From the NCBI RefSeq assembly GCF_963921235.1, contig NC_086097.1, positions 41,418,001-41,482,000 on the forward strand: a stretch of 64,000 bases of DNA. Direction: 5' to 3'. A program made the position numbers and the translations under genes. Of the stretch, positions 50,108-63,394 are shown piece by piece; the stretch's first letter is position 1, and the number at the start of each line of letters is the position of its first letter. This DNA is from Mobula hypostoma (Eukaryota). The notes under the pieces are model-generated. The model did no database searches, was not told where the DNA came from, and was given only the letters and a program-made list of their open reading frames with translations.

Positions 50108-52416
50108 GTGACTCCCGTCTCCTCTTCCCCCACCAATACTCTGCAATCCCGTCTCCCTCAGATCCCACCGTCAGCTCCTGGGCCCTCAGAGGCTCCATCT
50201 TCCTCTCACCCCAACCCTCCCCTCTCCATTGACACCCGCAGCCTCCCCCCTCCCCGCTCTGATCCCAGCTCTCATCCATGCCGGGTCTTTACCAACCCCT
50301 CCGACCTTCAACTGTTGGAGGCAGAATGCTCTGTCCTCAGTAAGGGCCTCACCTTTGTCCCCCTTCGCCCACACCTCAGCGAGTTCCATGTTCGCCATGA
50401 TGCGGAACTTTTCTTCCTCCGTCTCCGAGCCTACTTCTTCGGCAAGGACTCTTCCACCCCCACCGATGACCCCTTCTCCATCTTCAACCCTCCTCTTCTT
50501 CATGGACACCCCGCTCTGGTCTTCTGCCTGCTCTGGATCTCTTTATCGCTAACTGCCGACGGGACATCAACCGTCTCGACTTCACTGCACCTTGTCCCCA
50601 TTCCAACCTCACTCCTTCGGAACGCTCTGCTCTCCACTCCCTCCGCCGATTATTAAACCCGCCGATAAGGGGGGTGCTGTTGTAGTCTGGCGTACTGACC
50701 TCTACCTTGCCAAGGCACAGCGACAACTCGCGGATACCTCCTCTTATTTACCCCTCGATCGGTTCCCCACTAAGGAACACCAGGCCATTGTCTCCCACAC
50801 CATCACCGACTTTATCCGCTCAGGGGATCTCCCATCCACTGCTACCAACCTTATAGTTCCCACACCTCGCACTTCCCGTTTCTACCTCCTACCCAAGATC
50901 CACAAACCTGCCTGTCCTGGCCGACCTATTGTCTCAGCTTGCTCCTGCCCCACCAAACTCGTTTCTGCATACCTCGACACGGTTTTATCCCCCCTTGTTC
51001 AATCCCTTCCTACCTATGTTCGTGACACTTCTCACGCTCTTAAACTTTTCGATGATTTTAAGTTCCCTGGCCCCCACCGCTTTCTTTTCACCATGGATGT
51101 CCAGTCCCTATATACCTCCATCCCCCCATCAGGAAGGTCTCAAAGCTCTACGCTTCTTTTTGGATTCCAGATCTAATCAGTTCCCCTCTACCACCACTCT
51201 GCTCCGTCTAGCGGAATTAGTCCTTACTCTTAATAATTTCTCCTTTGGCTCCTCCCACTTCCTCCAAACTAAAGATGTAGCTATGGGCACCCGTATGGGT
51301 CCTAGCTATGCCTGCCTTTTTGTTGGCTTTGTGCAACAATCTATGTTCCGTGCCTATTCTGGTATCCGTCCCCCACTTTGCCTTCGCTACATCGACGACT
51401 GCATTGGCGCTGCTTCCTGCATGCATGCAGAACTCGTTGACTTTATTAACTTTGCCTCCAACTTTCACCCTGCCCTCAAGTTTACCTGGTCCATTTCCGA
51501 CACCTCCCTCCCCTTTCTAGATCTTTCTGTCTCTGTCTCTGGAGACAGCTTATCCACTGATGTCTACTATAAGCCTACTGACTCTCACAGCTATCTGGAC
51601 TATTCCTCTTCTCACCCTGTCTCTTGCAAAAACGCCATCCCCTGCTCGCAATTCCTCCATTTCCGCCGCATCTGCTCTCAGGATGAGGCTTTTCATTCTA
51701 GGACGAGGGAGATGTCTTCCTTTTTTAAAGAAAGGGGCTTCCCTTCCTCCACTATCAACTCTGCTCTTAAACGCATCTCCCCCATTTCACGTACATCTGC
51801 TCTCACTCCATCCTCCCGCCACCCCATTAGGAATAGGGTTCCCCTGGTCCTCACCTACCCCCCCACCAGCCTCCGGGTCCAACATATTATTCTCCGTAAC
51901 TTCCGCCACCTCCAACGGGATCCCACCACTAAGCACATCTTTCCCTCACCCCCTCTCTCTGCATTCCGCAGGGATCGCTCCCTACGCAACTCCCTTGTCC
52001 ATTCGTACCCCCCATCCCTCCCCACTGATCTCCCTCCTGGCACTTATCCGTGTAAGCGGAACAAGTGCTACACATGCCCTTACACTTCCTCCCTTACCAC
52101 CATTCAGAGCCCCAAACAGTCCTTCCAGGTGAGGCAACACTTCACCTGTGAGTCGGCTGGGGTGATATACTGCGTCCGGTGCTCCCGATGTGGCCTTTTA
52201 TATATTGGCGAGACCCGACGCAGACTGGGAGACCGCTTTGCTGAACATCTACGCTCTGTCCGCCAGAGAAAGCAGGATCTCCCAGTGGCCACACATTTTA
52301 ATTCCACATCCCATTCCCATTCTGACATGTCTATCCACGTCCTCCTCTACCGTAAAGATGAAGCCACACTCAGGTTGGAGGAACAACACCTTATATTCCG
52401 TCTGGGTAGCCTCTAA
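50108..52416 (+). pseudogene. Penelope RT + GIY-YIG endonuclease, few frameshifts
   Basis: LSKGLTFVP, IKPADKGGAVVV, YLLPKIHK, GRPIVS, DVQSLYTSI, AMGTRMGP, RYIDD, FLDL, CKRNKCYTC linker and VIYCVRCSRCGLLYIGET. Confidence 0.93.
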
Positions 52417-52748
52417 CCTGATGGCATGAACATCGACTTCTCTAACTTCCGCTAATGCCCCACCTCCCCCTCGTACCCCATCTGTTACTTATTTTTAAAC
52501 ACACATTCTTTCTCTCACTCTCCTTTTTCTCCCTCTGTCCCTCTGAATATACCCCTTGCCCATCCTCTGGGTCCCCCCCCCCTTGTCTTTCTTCCCGGAC
52601 CTCCTGTCCCATGATCCTCTCGTATCCCTTTTGCCAATCACCTGTCCAGCTCTTGGCTCTATCCCTCCCCCTCCTGTCTTCTCCTATCATTTTGGATCTT
52701 CCCCTCCCCCTCCAACTTTCAAATCCCTTACTCACACTTCCTTCAGTT

Positions 52749-52784
52749 AGTCCTGACGAAGGGTCTCGGCCTGAAACGTCGACT
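52749..52784 (+). ncRNA. Minimal type I hammerhead ribozyme in the Penelope pLTR
   Basis: agtc-CTGACGA-agggtctcggcct-GAAAC-GTC-gact: stem I agtc/gact, conserved core boxes, stem II, palindromic AC/GT stem III. Predicted cleavage after 52780. Confidence 0.85.
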
Positions 52785-55647
52785 GCACCTCTTCCTACAG
52801 ATGCTGCCTGGCCTGCTGTGTTCACCAGCAACTTTTATGTGTGTAACTCTATTCATGGTAGCTTGCCTTAGGTGTATGAAGTTTCCTCCAGTTAGTGAGC
52901 AATCCTGACTGGACCAATGTCTCCTAAAGCTTTTCTACTACTGAGGCTTGTATGCTTGGCATATATTTATTTATTTTTACTTCTTCTTTGAACAATAGAG
53001 TGACATTTACTCTTCTTCAGTTTACTGGCAATCACTCCAGTATCCATAGACCACTGGAAATTCACAGTCAGTTCCACTTTGATTTCCTCCAATAAATACT
53101 TCAAAATTTAATGATATATTCCATCTGAAACTGGTAACATAACCACTTTTAAGTTAAATTTTCTAAAATATTCCTGGTAACGTTTTTTATTGCATCCAAT
53201 GCCTCAACTATTTTATGCTTTGCTACTATTTTAGAAGAGGTGTCATCCCTGGCAAAGACAAATGCGAAGTATGTAAAAAGTGCCCTTAGAACGATATACA
53301 ACTTCTGATATTTTTCTCTATAAAGAAACAGCACTTATGGGCCAATTTAGTTCTATTTATTGTCAGGAGTAATTTCACTCACTTCTTCTGCCTTTGGCCG
53401 CTTTAACAACTGAAGTATACATTTAAAGAATGTTGTTATTGATCTTAGAATTCCCAAATGCTTGATAGGCAGTGAGCTATATCACTTATATCTTGAGTAA
53501 AAATGCAATATTTATTTACTTCTAATAACATACAGAAGCCACAGGAACTCAAAGCATAACTTTATCATCTTTTTTCATTATGTTAGCAGATCTCATTAGT
53601 TCTGATAGTGATGACTTTGTCCAGACCCCTGCAGGCTATTGCTGGTTGTGCCTCGGTAAATGTGTGCATGCATAGGAAGAAAAATGACGGAAAATAGAAT
53701 GGAGAGATTAAGAAGGTATGTCTATAAAGAGGTAGAAGCAGAGAACAGTTTGGGCTCTCCTTGTGCTGAACTGAGCAACTACAGTGAGTTTCAAGTCAAA
53801 TGTACACTATACAGAAAAACATGGAATCAGGTGAAGATGTAGGAATATTCAAAAACAGCCCAGGTCATACAAATATTTGAAAAGTTTTGAAATGTAAATG
53901 GCGCAGAGTACTAATAGCATTGCTGAATTTGTTCTGTGTATATAATTAACTTTTCAAAAGAAATGAGGACCAACATGACGTGACACTGCAACATCGAATG
54001 GATCAAAATGCATGGGCTTATTCCCCACTGTCAATTATAGTTAGAGTCAGATGTCAGCTGAGCCATGCAGAGTTGTCAGAATCAATGTTCTTCCAGGAGG
54101 AGTGGATGTCCACAATTAATGAATATTTGCGCCAGTCCCCTTCTCTGAATGGGATACTGAATGCCAACTGCAGGCAGGTTTGACACTAGCTACCTGTTAA
54201 AATAATTGCCCAAATGTTATTTGAGGCCAGTGTTCTTAAATAAGCATTTCATTGAGTTAAATAGAGGCTGCTGGAGAGTTTCAGGAGATCAGCTACTTAC
54301 AAAACCCGGGGAGAGAGGAGGTGAGGAGCCACCTTCCCATAAGAATTAGAAATAAATATCCAAATTGGACAGCTTTTTAACTTTTGCAAAATTAACTCTC
54401 TTCCTCATGCCTCCATGTCCATTATTTTTATAATTATTATCAATAACTATATTCTAATATCCTCTTGCATGAGTTTCCTCCAGGTTTGATGTAGCAATTT
54501 GCCTTGGAGGCATTTCCCTGAGATGCTGGAGCGAACCAGAAAGGTTGGCAATGTCTTTTTCAGAATAATGGTTGAGCTAATTACTGAGATGCAGCCACCC
54601 ATTTGTTCCTGTGTCACTTTGTAACTCGTTGAGCTGCCTTTTTGTGGCAGGCTCTGTTTTAACCCTAAGAGTCGTTTGTTGTCACATTCACTTTTCCAGC
54701 TCACAAATGAAAATGTGGTGACAAGCAGTTAAAGCTAATGAAGCTATGGCAAACATCCTCTGTTTAATGCCTGTGGTGAGAAAGACAGTGTAGGTCTCTG
54801 TCGCCTGCCACATCGGGAAGAAGATATCTGTATATCATTGTTCATTATCGTTAAAATTTTATCAGTAAGTTAAAAAAATACATTTTATAGAAGTCTAAAT
54901 CTCAGTCAATTCCCAAACAGAGAGGTCTCTTGTAGAGTCCAGATTGTCATGTACAGAGCAATGGTTCCAGCTCACGATGCAATGGGTTTCGTTGTTGTTT
55001 ACCTAGTTCATGGTCACTGTGGGTCACGGGGGATGTTTACTGTTACCGAACCCCAGCGAGTATCCAGGCTGATGGTGCAAAAAAATTTGCATTCACGATT
55101 GTGGTATGTCTAGGGTGCAATGAATATGCTTGCAGATACTTAGGGAATATGGTAGTTTGCGAAAGCAATGCCTAGAAATTGGCCCACTGAGTTCCTCCAG
55201 CATTTTGTGTGTGTTTTGCTAAAAATTGGATCCAATTACATCTTTATTTTAAGCATAAATCCTGCAACAAGAACATGTCGTTGTGAAGTTGGTCCAAGTT
55301 CTTTCTGTCGCAATTCATTCCAGCACACTGTCATTTAATCCATCATAACCTGTACATTGGCTGACATCATCAGTTTGATTATTTGGCAGCAAATTTAAAT
55401 CAAAACATTGTAATCCATGTCCTTTGTTTCTAACTCAGGGTAAAATCATATTGTAAACAGTGAATCATGCACAATTTAAGGCATTGCCCCATAACGACAA
55501 TGAATTAAAGGTTTTGCAGCTACCAGCCTTGAAATCACATCAAAACTGTATAATTTTCATGACACAGACACCTGGAGCTTGGGGTCCCTTCCTTTGTGAC
55601 ATGGCCCAATTGGCCAACCCTATGTGTTTGGGTCAGTACAGTAGAAA

Positions 55648-55940
55648 TGGCACAGTAACAATGGTTAGTACAATTGCTCTACAGCGCCAATGATCACTGA
55701 TCAGGTTTCCATTCCCACCACTGTGCGTATGGAGTTTGTACTCCTCCCGTGTGGATGTCCTCCACGTGCTCCAGTTTCCTCCCACATTCTAAAGGTGTAG
55801 GGTTAGGGTTAATATGTTTTGGCCGTACTGTGTTGGTGTTGGAAGCATGGTGTCGTTTCTCCGATTTGATTTAACGCAATCAACACGTTTCACTGAATAT
55901 TTTGATGTACTTTTAACAAATAAATCTAATCTTTAATCTT
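55648..55940 (+). mobile_element. V-SINE (HE1-like)
   Basis: ggagtttgta...gtgctccagtttcctcccacattctaaag, with a tail like that of 4173-4488. Confidence 0.75.
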
Positions 55941-57529
55941 CTCTTTCTGAAGGCTCTTTAGCCACATCCAATCTTTTCCTACAACCTATCTCCCGTTATT
56001 TCCAGATTCTAGGTGGTCAAGGAGAGAGTTCTTTAATAGCAATGACCCTGAGTCAGCTGGCAAATACATGCTTAATTACACAGGTTTTGATTTAATGATT
56101 TCTTAATGAATGAAATTATAATTACAAATGTTTCAAGCAAAGTTTTCCCAATTTTGTGATTTTTTTTGTTCTTGAAAATGCTCAATCGGACATGAAAACA
56201 AAATGTGTCATCCAGTTAATGTACCAAAAATGAGCAAAATCGATTACAAGACAAAAATGTTATCCACGTTGTCTTATAGTGAGCAAATAAGTCACATTTA
56301 TCAAAGGAACCACATTTTTACTGTCAAATGCAGAAGTCTTGCAGTCACAGTTGTTACTTAAAACTACTACCTGGTCCAATTGTTGGAATGACCATGATGT
56401 AGGAACCCATTGTTTGTGCTGGAACCTGTTATGTGTCCAATAGGACAGCGTATTTTGGGTTAAACATGTCAAGCTCAATCTTCTTGCATTTCTGCCCAAG
56501 TTGTTTCTACCAGCAACTGATCACAGTTATAAACTATTTTAAACAAAACACCTGGGAATGAGCAGGAAGGTCCACCTGGAGATTCAAATGAATATCTGAT
56601 TTGAACTTTCCACTTAGATCAATAACTGGACTTACTAAGGATAGATTTTGGGGCTGATACAAAACATTGAGTGCTGCTCCATTTGTCAGAAGTTCCATTT
56701 ATATTTGCAGTTTCTCAGTTTTATAGCATTAAAGATTTTAAGATTGGGTGCTAATACATTAGAGTGTTAAGTAGCAAACACAGTCTTAACAGCCATAATT
56801 TAGCTCAGTGAATTTATCTTTATAATAAAAGTGAACTGATCTCTGAACCCTTTTATATAACTGGAATGTAACTTCGTTCATATTAATTAACTCTGTAGGG
56901 TTATTTTGAACCGCCAATCAACTGTAGAATAAAGCCCTCCAGCTGTTTAATTTTCCTTCTGCATGACATATTATCATATTCAAAGAGTTCATAACAGGAG
57001 AGCAGAAACCCATGAAATTATAATTTTTATAGAAATGATAAACAATAATTGAATTCAGAACTGTAAATTACATTATTGACTGCAGGGGAGTTGAAAATCC
57101 TATGTGCATCTCAGCAACTTCCCTGACATGACACATGGTCTATTGTCTCACTTGGTTTAACCAGTAGTTTTATTTGCTCCCATAAAGCGCTGAATTTCTT
57201 TTGTATTCAGATATGCAAATTATTTTCTCTTTATTGTAATGACAGCATCTATTCACTCTCTTAAACATGTAAGAATGGAAAGCTATGAAGCATTTGAATC
57301 GTGGACATTGTCGTCATGACTGGAAAGCTATTCTGTGTCTCAGTGGTGACAGTATTGCTTGTGGTTATGATGTGACAGCATAAATACAAATGCTGATGCA
57401 GCCTTCATCAGTAACCATATTGTCCTTGTAGCATACTCTGTAACAGTTCTTTCTTGTGTTTTCAACTGTGAAAGAATTAACTTGAACAGTAACCTAGTTT
57501 TAATGAGGAAGAAATTTATGCATAGGACT

Positions 57530-58360
57530 TGCAGTAGTGCAATCTCTCGAGTCGAGTATGATGTTTTCCTCAGGGGTTGTCTGTCAGTGTGTCCTCCTAT
57601 GGCTGTAGAGGCTGATCCAGGATCCAGAGATTCTGGTGCAGTATGGGCAAGAGTAAGTGGTGGCTGTGGTTCATTGTCAGGCTTTTTGTTGTTTATTCTC
57701 TCTTTTTGCAGCTACCTCTTGTTCTCTATGGCACAGCAGAGGTCGTTCTCATGTAGCACATCTCCCTCAAGAACAGATTTCCTCCGGTGTATCTACCAAG
57801 TGCAATGTTTTTAGATGTAACATTGAATTTCTTCAGGCTGATTTTGATGTAATTTTTGAAGCATTTCCTTTGCCCGTCAGGGACTTGCTGACCTTCTGTC
57901 AACTGGGAGTAAAGAATCTGTTTGGGGAGACACGAGTTAGGCATCCCAATGACACGAACTATGTATTATTTTACGGTGGTGGAGATGCTGTTCATGTTAG
58001 CCTCTAGTACACTGGTGTAAGTGCATCTGTCCTGCCAGATGATCCTCAAAATCTTTAAGCATCTTCTGTGGTATTGTTCAAGGGCTTTCAGAAGCCTACA
58101 GAGTAACACTCCAGCTCAGTTTTGCAAGTCAGTTTAGCACTTACTGACTGAACAATATGGCCCAGATATTGCCGACATTTCCAAGCAGTTCCGTGTGCAG
58201 AGATCCCAGTGTCATTGTCCGAGCTCCACTGCTAATTTCCTCGCTGGACTCTGCCTCAAGTTCAGTGGTGTAGTGGAAGCTTGCTGAGGTACCCCAAGTG
58301 CTTAGTGCTCGTGACTGCAAGCATTATCCACATATTGATTCACTGCTTTGCCAATGGTAT
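57530..58360 (-). mobile_element. Degraded RTE LINE fragments
   Basis: MPNSCLPKQILYSQLTEGQQVPDGQRKCFKNYIKISLKKF (RTE ORF C-terminal motif LPK..LY.EL..G.R..G). Confidence 0.8.
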
Positions 58361-58434
58361 AATGGCAAGGAAGAAAGCTCATTTTTTACTTTTTTATGTT
58401 TGCTTTAATGGTTTTAATTAGCATTTCCATAGCA

Positions 58435-58578
58435 TTTGACTGTTTTTGTTGTGATGCCGAGTAGCTAGCTGGACACTCACCCAGCACTGATGGAAAGCGT
58501 GCAAGGAACTGGTTGATTACAACTCGGGACCATTCACATTGAAGTCTGGTGCTGATGCCACTACACCACCAGCCAGCT
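58435..58578 (-). mobile_element. tRNA-derived SINE fragment
   Basis: Minus-strand gctggtggtgtagtggcatcagc...cccgagtt A/B-box-like head. Confidence 0.55.
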
Positions 58579-58837
58579 AGGAATATGGTGGTAATCAAGG
58601 CAAATACAGTAGTGACATTTAAGAGCCTCTTGTGTAGGCACAGGAATGTGCATAGAATGGAGAGATATGAGCATTGTGTTGGTAGAGGGATTGGTTTAAT
58701 CAGATGACTGTTCAATCCTCTCTATAGATACTATCTGACCTACTGAGTTCCTCCATTATGTGCTACTCTAGTTCAGTTGTGCACTTAATTACTAGTTTAA
58801 TTAGTTTACTATAACATCATGAGCCAAGGGTTTATTC

Positions 58838-60540
58838 TTAGAGTCGTAGAGCACTACAGCACAGAAATAGGCTCTTCGGCCCATCTGGTCCATGCACATC
58901 TACCACTTCCACCGACAGCTCATCTCACACTCTCATGACCCTCTGAATAAAGAAGATTCCCCTCATGTTCTCCAAAAATCTTTCGCCCTTAGCCCATGAC
59001 CTCCACTTTTCATACTGCCCAACCTCAGTGGAAAAAGCCTGCCTGCATTTGCTCTGTCTACACCACTCATAAATTTGTGTACCTCTATCAAATCTTCCCT
59101 CATTCTTCCAGGCTCTGGAGAATAAAGTTCTAACCTATTCAACTTTTTCCTGGAACTTAGATCCTCAAGTCCTGGCAGCATCCTTGTAAATTCTCTTACT
59201 ATCTTATTGACATCTTTCTTGTAGTAGATGACCAAAACAGCAAATACTCAAAGTTAGGCCTCACTAATGCTATATACAACTTCAACATACCATCCCAATT
59301 CCTGTACTCAGGACTTAAATTTATGAAGGCCAATGTGCCAAAAGCTTTCTTTACCACCCTATCTACCTATGACACCACTTTCAAGGGAATAATGGATCTG
59401 TATTCCCAGATCCCTCTGTTCTATCGCACACCGTAGTGCCCTACTACTCACTATGCAGTTCCTACCCTGGATTGTCCTCACTAAATGCAACACCTCACAT
59501 TTGTCTGCATTAGATTTCACCTGCATCTTACAGTCCATTTTTCCAGCTGATCCATATCCCACTACAAGTTTTGATAGTCTTCCTCGCTGTCCACTACACA
59601 CCTAATCTTGGTTTTATATGCAAATCTGATGTTCAAATTTACCACATTATCATGCACACTCAGATGACAAACAACAATAAACCCAACACCGATCTTTATG
59701 GCACTCCACAGGCCGCCAGTCAGAGAAGCAACCATCTACTACCACTCTTTGGCTTCTCCCATAAAGCCAATGTCTGATAAAATTTACAACCGCATCTTGA
59801 ATGACAAGCAACTCAAGATTCCTGACCAACCTGCTATGTGGGACTTTATTGAATGCCTTGCTAAAATTCATGTAGATAACATCCACTGCTTTGCCTTCAT
59901 CAATGTTCCTGGTAACTTCCCTTAAAAACTCTACAAGGTTGTTTAAACATAACCTAACACAAACAAAGCAATGTTGATTATCTCTAATCAGTCCCTGAAT
60001 ATCAAAATACTTCTATATCCAGTTCCTTCGAAAACTATCCAATAACTTTCTCACTACTGATATCAGCCTCATTTCCTGGCTTATTCTTAAAGCCCTTCTG
60101 AAACAATAGCGCATTAACAATCCTCCAATCCTCCAGCACCTCACCTTTGGCTAAGCACATTTTAAATATCTGTGCTAGGATCCTGCACTAGCCTCTTACA
60201 GAGTCCAAGGGAGCCCATTGTCAAGCCCTGGCGTTTTATCCATCCTAATTTCCCTCAAGACATCAAACAGCTCCTCATCTGCAATCTGCATATGGTCCAT
60301 GACCTTACTGCTGCTTTGCCTCACTTCTATAGCCTGTGTCTATCTCCCAAGTAAATACAGATGCAAAAAATCCATCTAAGATCGTTTCCATCAATTTCAG
60401 CTCCAGGACTAGATAACCACTCTGATCTTCCAGAGGACCAATTTTGTCCCTTGCTATCCTTTTGCTCTACCTGTAGAAGACTTTGGAATTCTACTTTACG
60501 TTGTCTGCTAGAGCAAACTCATGCCTTACTTTAACCCTCC
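58838..60540 (-). mobile_element. CR1 fragment (1.7 kb)
   Basis: DVIYMNFSKAFNKVPH, QRDLGIQIH and FTRMLPGLEDLS. Confidence 0.9.
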
Positions 60541-60624
60541 GGTGCTTTACTGATCAATGCTAATTGGCCACTGTAGTTCCCTGTGTTTTGGTGAATGCTA
60601 GAATCTGCTGGAAGTTGATGGGAA

Positions 60625-60965
60625 TCATCCATTCCTTATATGCTATGGTGTATGACATGGGCAACCACGGTTTTTCCATGACCATGATTGTTCTTGGCAA
60701 ATTTTTCTTCAGAAGTAGTTTGCCATTGCCTTCTTCTGGACATTTTCTTTGTAAGACAGGTGAGCTCAGCCATTATCAATACTTTTCCAGGGTTGTCTGC
60801 CTTGGGTCACCGGTCGCATAAACAGGACTTGTGATATGAACTAGCTACTTATATGATCATCTACCACCTGCTTGCAGGGCTTCATGTGACCGTGGTAAGG
60901 AGACTAGCAGAAGGAAGGGGCACCTTATCCCTCCTTTGGTAGAGACTTATCTCTGCCCCGCTATC
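60625..60965 (-). mobile_element. SINE with an RTE/BovB-like tail
   Basis: Minus-strand gaaggcaatggcaaactacttc...ttgccaagaacaatcatgg resembles the Bov-A/RTE-derived segment. Confidence 0.6.
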
Positions 60966-61254
60966 TCTGATGGAAATATAGTGAAAATAAAAAAGAATGA
61001 GATCAGACTAGGATAAGTGCAAGTGGATGGTGTAATGGTCAATTTGGACTCAGTAGGCCAAAGGGACTGTTTCTATGCTATATCTGCTACCTGTGACCTT
61101 GGACAACAAAACAAACCACACAGATCCACACCTGTTTAAGTTCAGAGCTATGAAGAATGTGAGATGCGGGAGTGAAGTCTATTAAGCAACACCTAGAGCA
61201 ATAAATCACTACCCACCCTGAACCCTGAATACAGTAAATGAAATATTAAAATTA

Positions 61255-61615
61255 TGCTGCAGATGCTAGAATATAATCTGAAATACATACAGGAAATGTG
61301 GAGAATTCAGGTGAGGTGATAACTGTGGAAAGAGAAGTCAATATTTCAGGTTGAAGCCACTTGGTCAGAGATGGGAATAAGGGAGAGCACATGTTAGTTT
61401 TAAGTTACTGAATCCGACAAAAGGCACCTCACTCTATTGGATATATAGTAGTCCCTTTTTCCCATCCATTCCTCCTTCCACCCCACCCTATTAGTAACTC
61501 TAAATTGTTTCCTCTCCTTCCCAGTTCTGACAAATGTCTTCAGCTTGAAGCTTTGATGTTGTTTCTCTTTTAACAGACACTCTCCAACCTGCTGAGCATT
61601 CCCTGGTTTGTTTTT
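61255..61615. mobile_element. Old Penelope pLTR fold-back
   Basis: Minus-oriented gctgcagatgct...tttcaggttgaagccacttggtcaga and plus-oriented tctgacaaatgtcttcagcttgaag...acctgctgagcatt. Confidence 0.55.
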
Positions 61616-63213
61616 CTCCTAACAAGTATAATTTGGGGAATGGTCAAGAGCACACTGAACTGTAATATGGCAGCCTTTTCAAGTGTTTCTTCACAGAGCT
61701 GAGTACCATTCAAGTGTAAACCACAACCAATTTCAGCATAATTATGTAGCTGAAAACTTGATTCTGACAGGCTGATAACATATTGTTATTATTATTATTT
61801 CATTCTTGGCAACACCAGCATGATTTGCCCATCCAAGTCGGCCCTTAAGGGGTGGTGAGCTATCTTTCTGAACTGGTGTCCCTGTGTTGAATGTGCTGCT
61901 GCACTGTTATTAGGCAGGAAATCCAGCAGCGGTGAAGGATATGTGGTATGTGTTCAGGCCAAGGAGGTGTGTGACTTGAAGCTGATAAAAATCCCATTAG
62001 TCTATGGGTCTTTGTCCTTCCAAGCTGTAGAAGATTGAAAGATAGAGACAACGAAACATTGACTGATTGTTGGAAATGTATTTATAGATATAGTATGGTT
62101 TGGAAACCTGGTGCTAGTGGAGAAGTGTGTGCATAATTCAAGACTGGATGCATCGGGCAGATTGTCTTATCCTCTACGAGCTTCCTGAATGATGCAATGT
62201 GTCCATCCAGAGACGTGAATCACATTCCTGAGTTATTAATCTTGATAACATCAGTAATAAAAAACTACTGAAAGCAGATTACACAACGTTATTCTGACCT
62301 TATTGGGAATTCCTCACTGACTCCTGACTTGCATGCTCAGTTTGAACCAGACAGGTATGGCCTCTGGTGGAAAGTTGCACTTGAAAGCAATATTGAAAGG
62401 GCCTTGTGTGTGTCCTTGGAATTCCGAAATGATGCCTGTGCTAAGGGAACAGGGTAGGGGCTGGTGCAGAATCTTTTGCTGCAGGAATAGTACATCTGGA
62501 TTTCACTATGAACAAGTATCAGTGAAATGCCATTTTGGAATCCATCACCTCAGCATCACTGTGCATCCTTTAGCAGAAGTGTGACCCTGACAGCAGGTGG
62601 AGATGGACTGGCTGCATGAAGGAATTCCAACAGCCACTGTAGTGTAACTGTGCATCATCATTTCTATGGGCTCTCAGATGAATCCCCGTGGTGCCCTATT
62701 GTTCTAGAGTTGTCTTGAATGTTCTATTAGCCACAATGATATCACCGTTTCAATTCTGTGACTTGATCTCAGCTTTATATTACCCCTTAATATCTCCTCA
62801 AGACCTGTCTTCCATCAAACCTTGCTGTCCCGAGTTGAACCACACACTGCAAATGGGTTTCCAAAATCCTTTGTCTGAAGTCTGCTCAGAAGCCATTTTA
62901 CTTTCCGCTCAAGGGTTAACCTGTTGCCCCAAATCCACTAGACCTTTCCTCCTTCACTACTGTATATAAATTTATTTCATTCATGTGCAAGTCAGGCCAG
63001 CAATGGAGGTAGAAATTTGCCTGTGTAACAATTGCTTTCTTGGTCTTAATACAGAATGGAGAGTTTAATCTTTCTTACATCAAGCTCAAAATGAAGCAAG
63101 TATTTTAAAGTGACTCTCCATCTCCAATTCCCCACGTTTTAACACAATTCTAAAAATAAACTGTTAGAGTAACTCTCACTGCTAATCAATCTCATTCTTT
63201 GCTTTCTCTTCAG

Positions 63214-63394
63214 ACTGGCCAGCAGCGCTGGTGGGAACAAGAAATCTCCATGAATACAATGATCCAGACAGGGGAGTTAATCACACACAATCTCACAGAA
63301 CTCCTGAAGCCGGAGGCCTACGAGGTTCGCCTGACACCTATTACACGATTCGGGGAAGGCGATTCCACCATCCGAGTCATTAAGTACACCGACG
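63214..63394 (+). CDS. MDGA2: Internal coding exon of MAM domain-containing GPI anchor protein 2 (FN3 domain, C-terminal part)
   Basis: Translates [60 protein letters not shown], matching my recollection of the MDGA2 FN3 segment ([10 protein letters not shown]...[24 protein letters not shown]). Preceded by a branch-like ctaat (63182), a polypyrimidine tract and cag (63211-63213). Followed by a gtaaga donor at 63395. 181 bp, phase 0 to phase 1. Confidence 0.9.

Larger units (their letters stand above)
50034..52844 (+). mobile_element. Penelope-like retroelement (Neptune-type linker), 5'-truncated, 2811 bp
   Basis: Perfect 11-bp TSD aactctattca (50023-50033, 52845-52855), RT + GIY-YIG ORF and a 3' pLTR. 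Sits in an old minus-strand CR1 remnant (~49500-53220). Confidence 0.95.

Noticed and set aside
55797..55812. Telomere-like tagggttagggtt
   Set aside because: Only about two units, inside a SINE body.
62670..62700. cagatgaatccc as a possible QMNP piece of the upstream MDGA2 exon
   Set aside because: Flanking codons do not match the expected exon.
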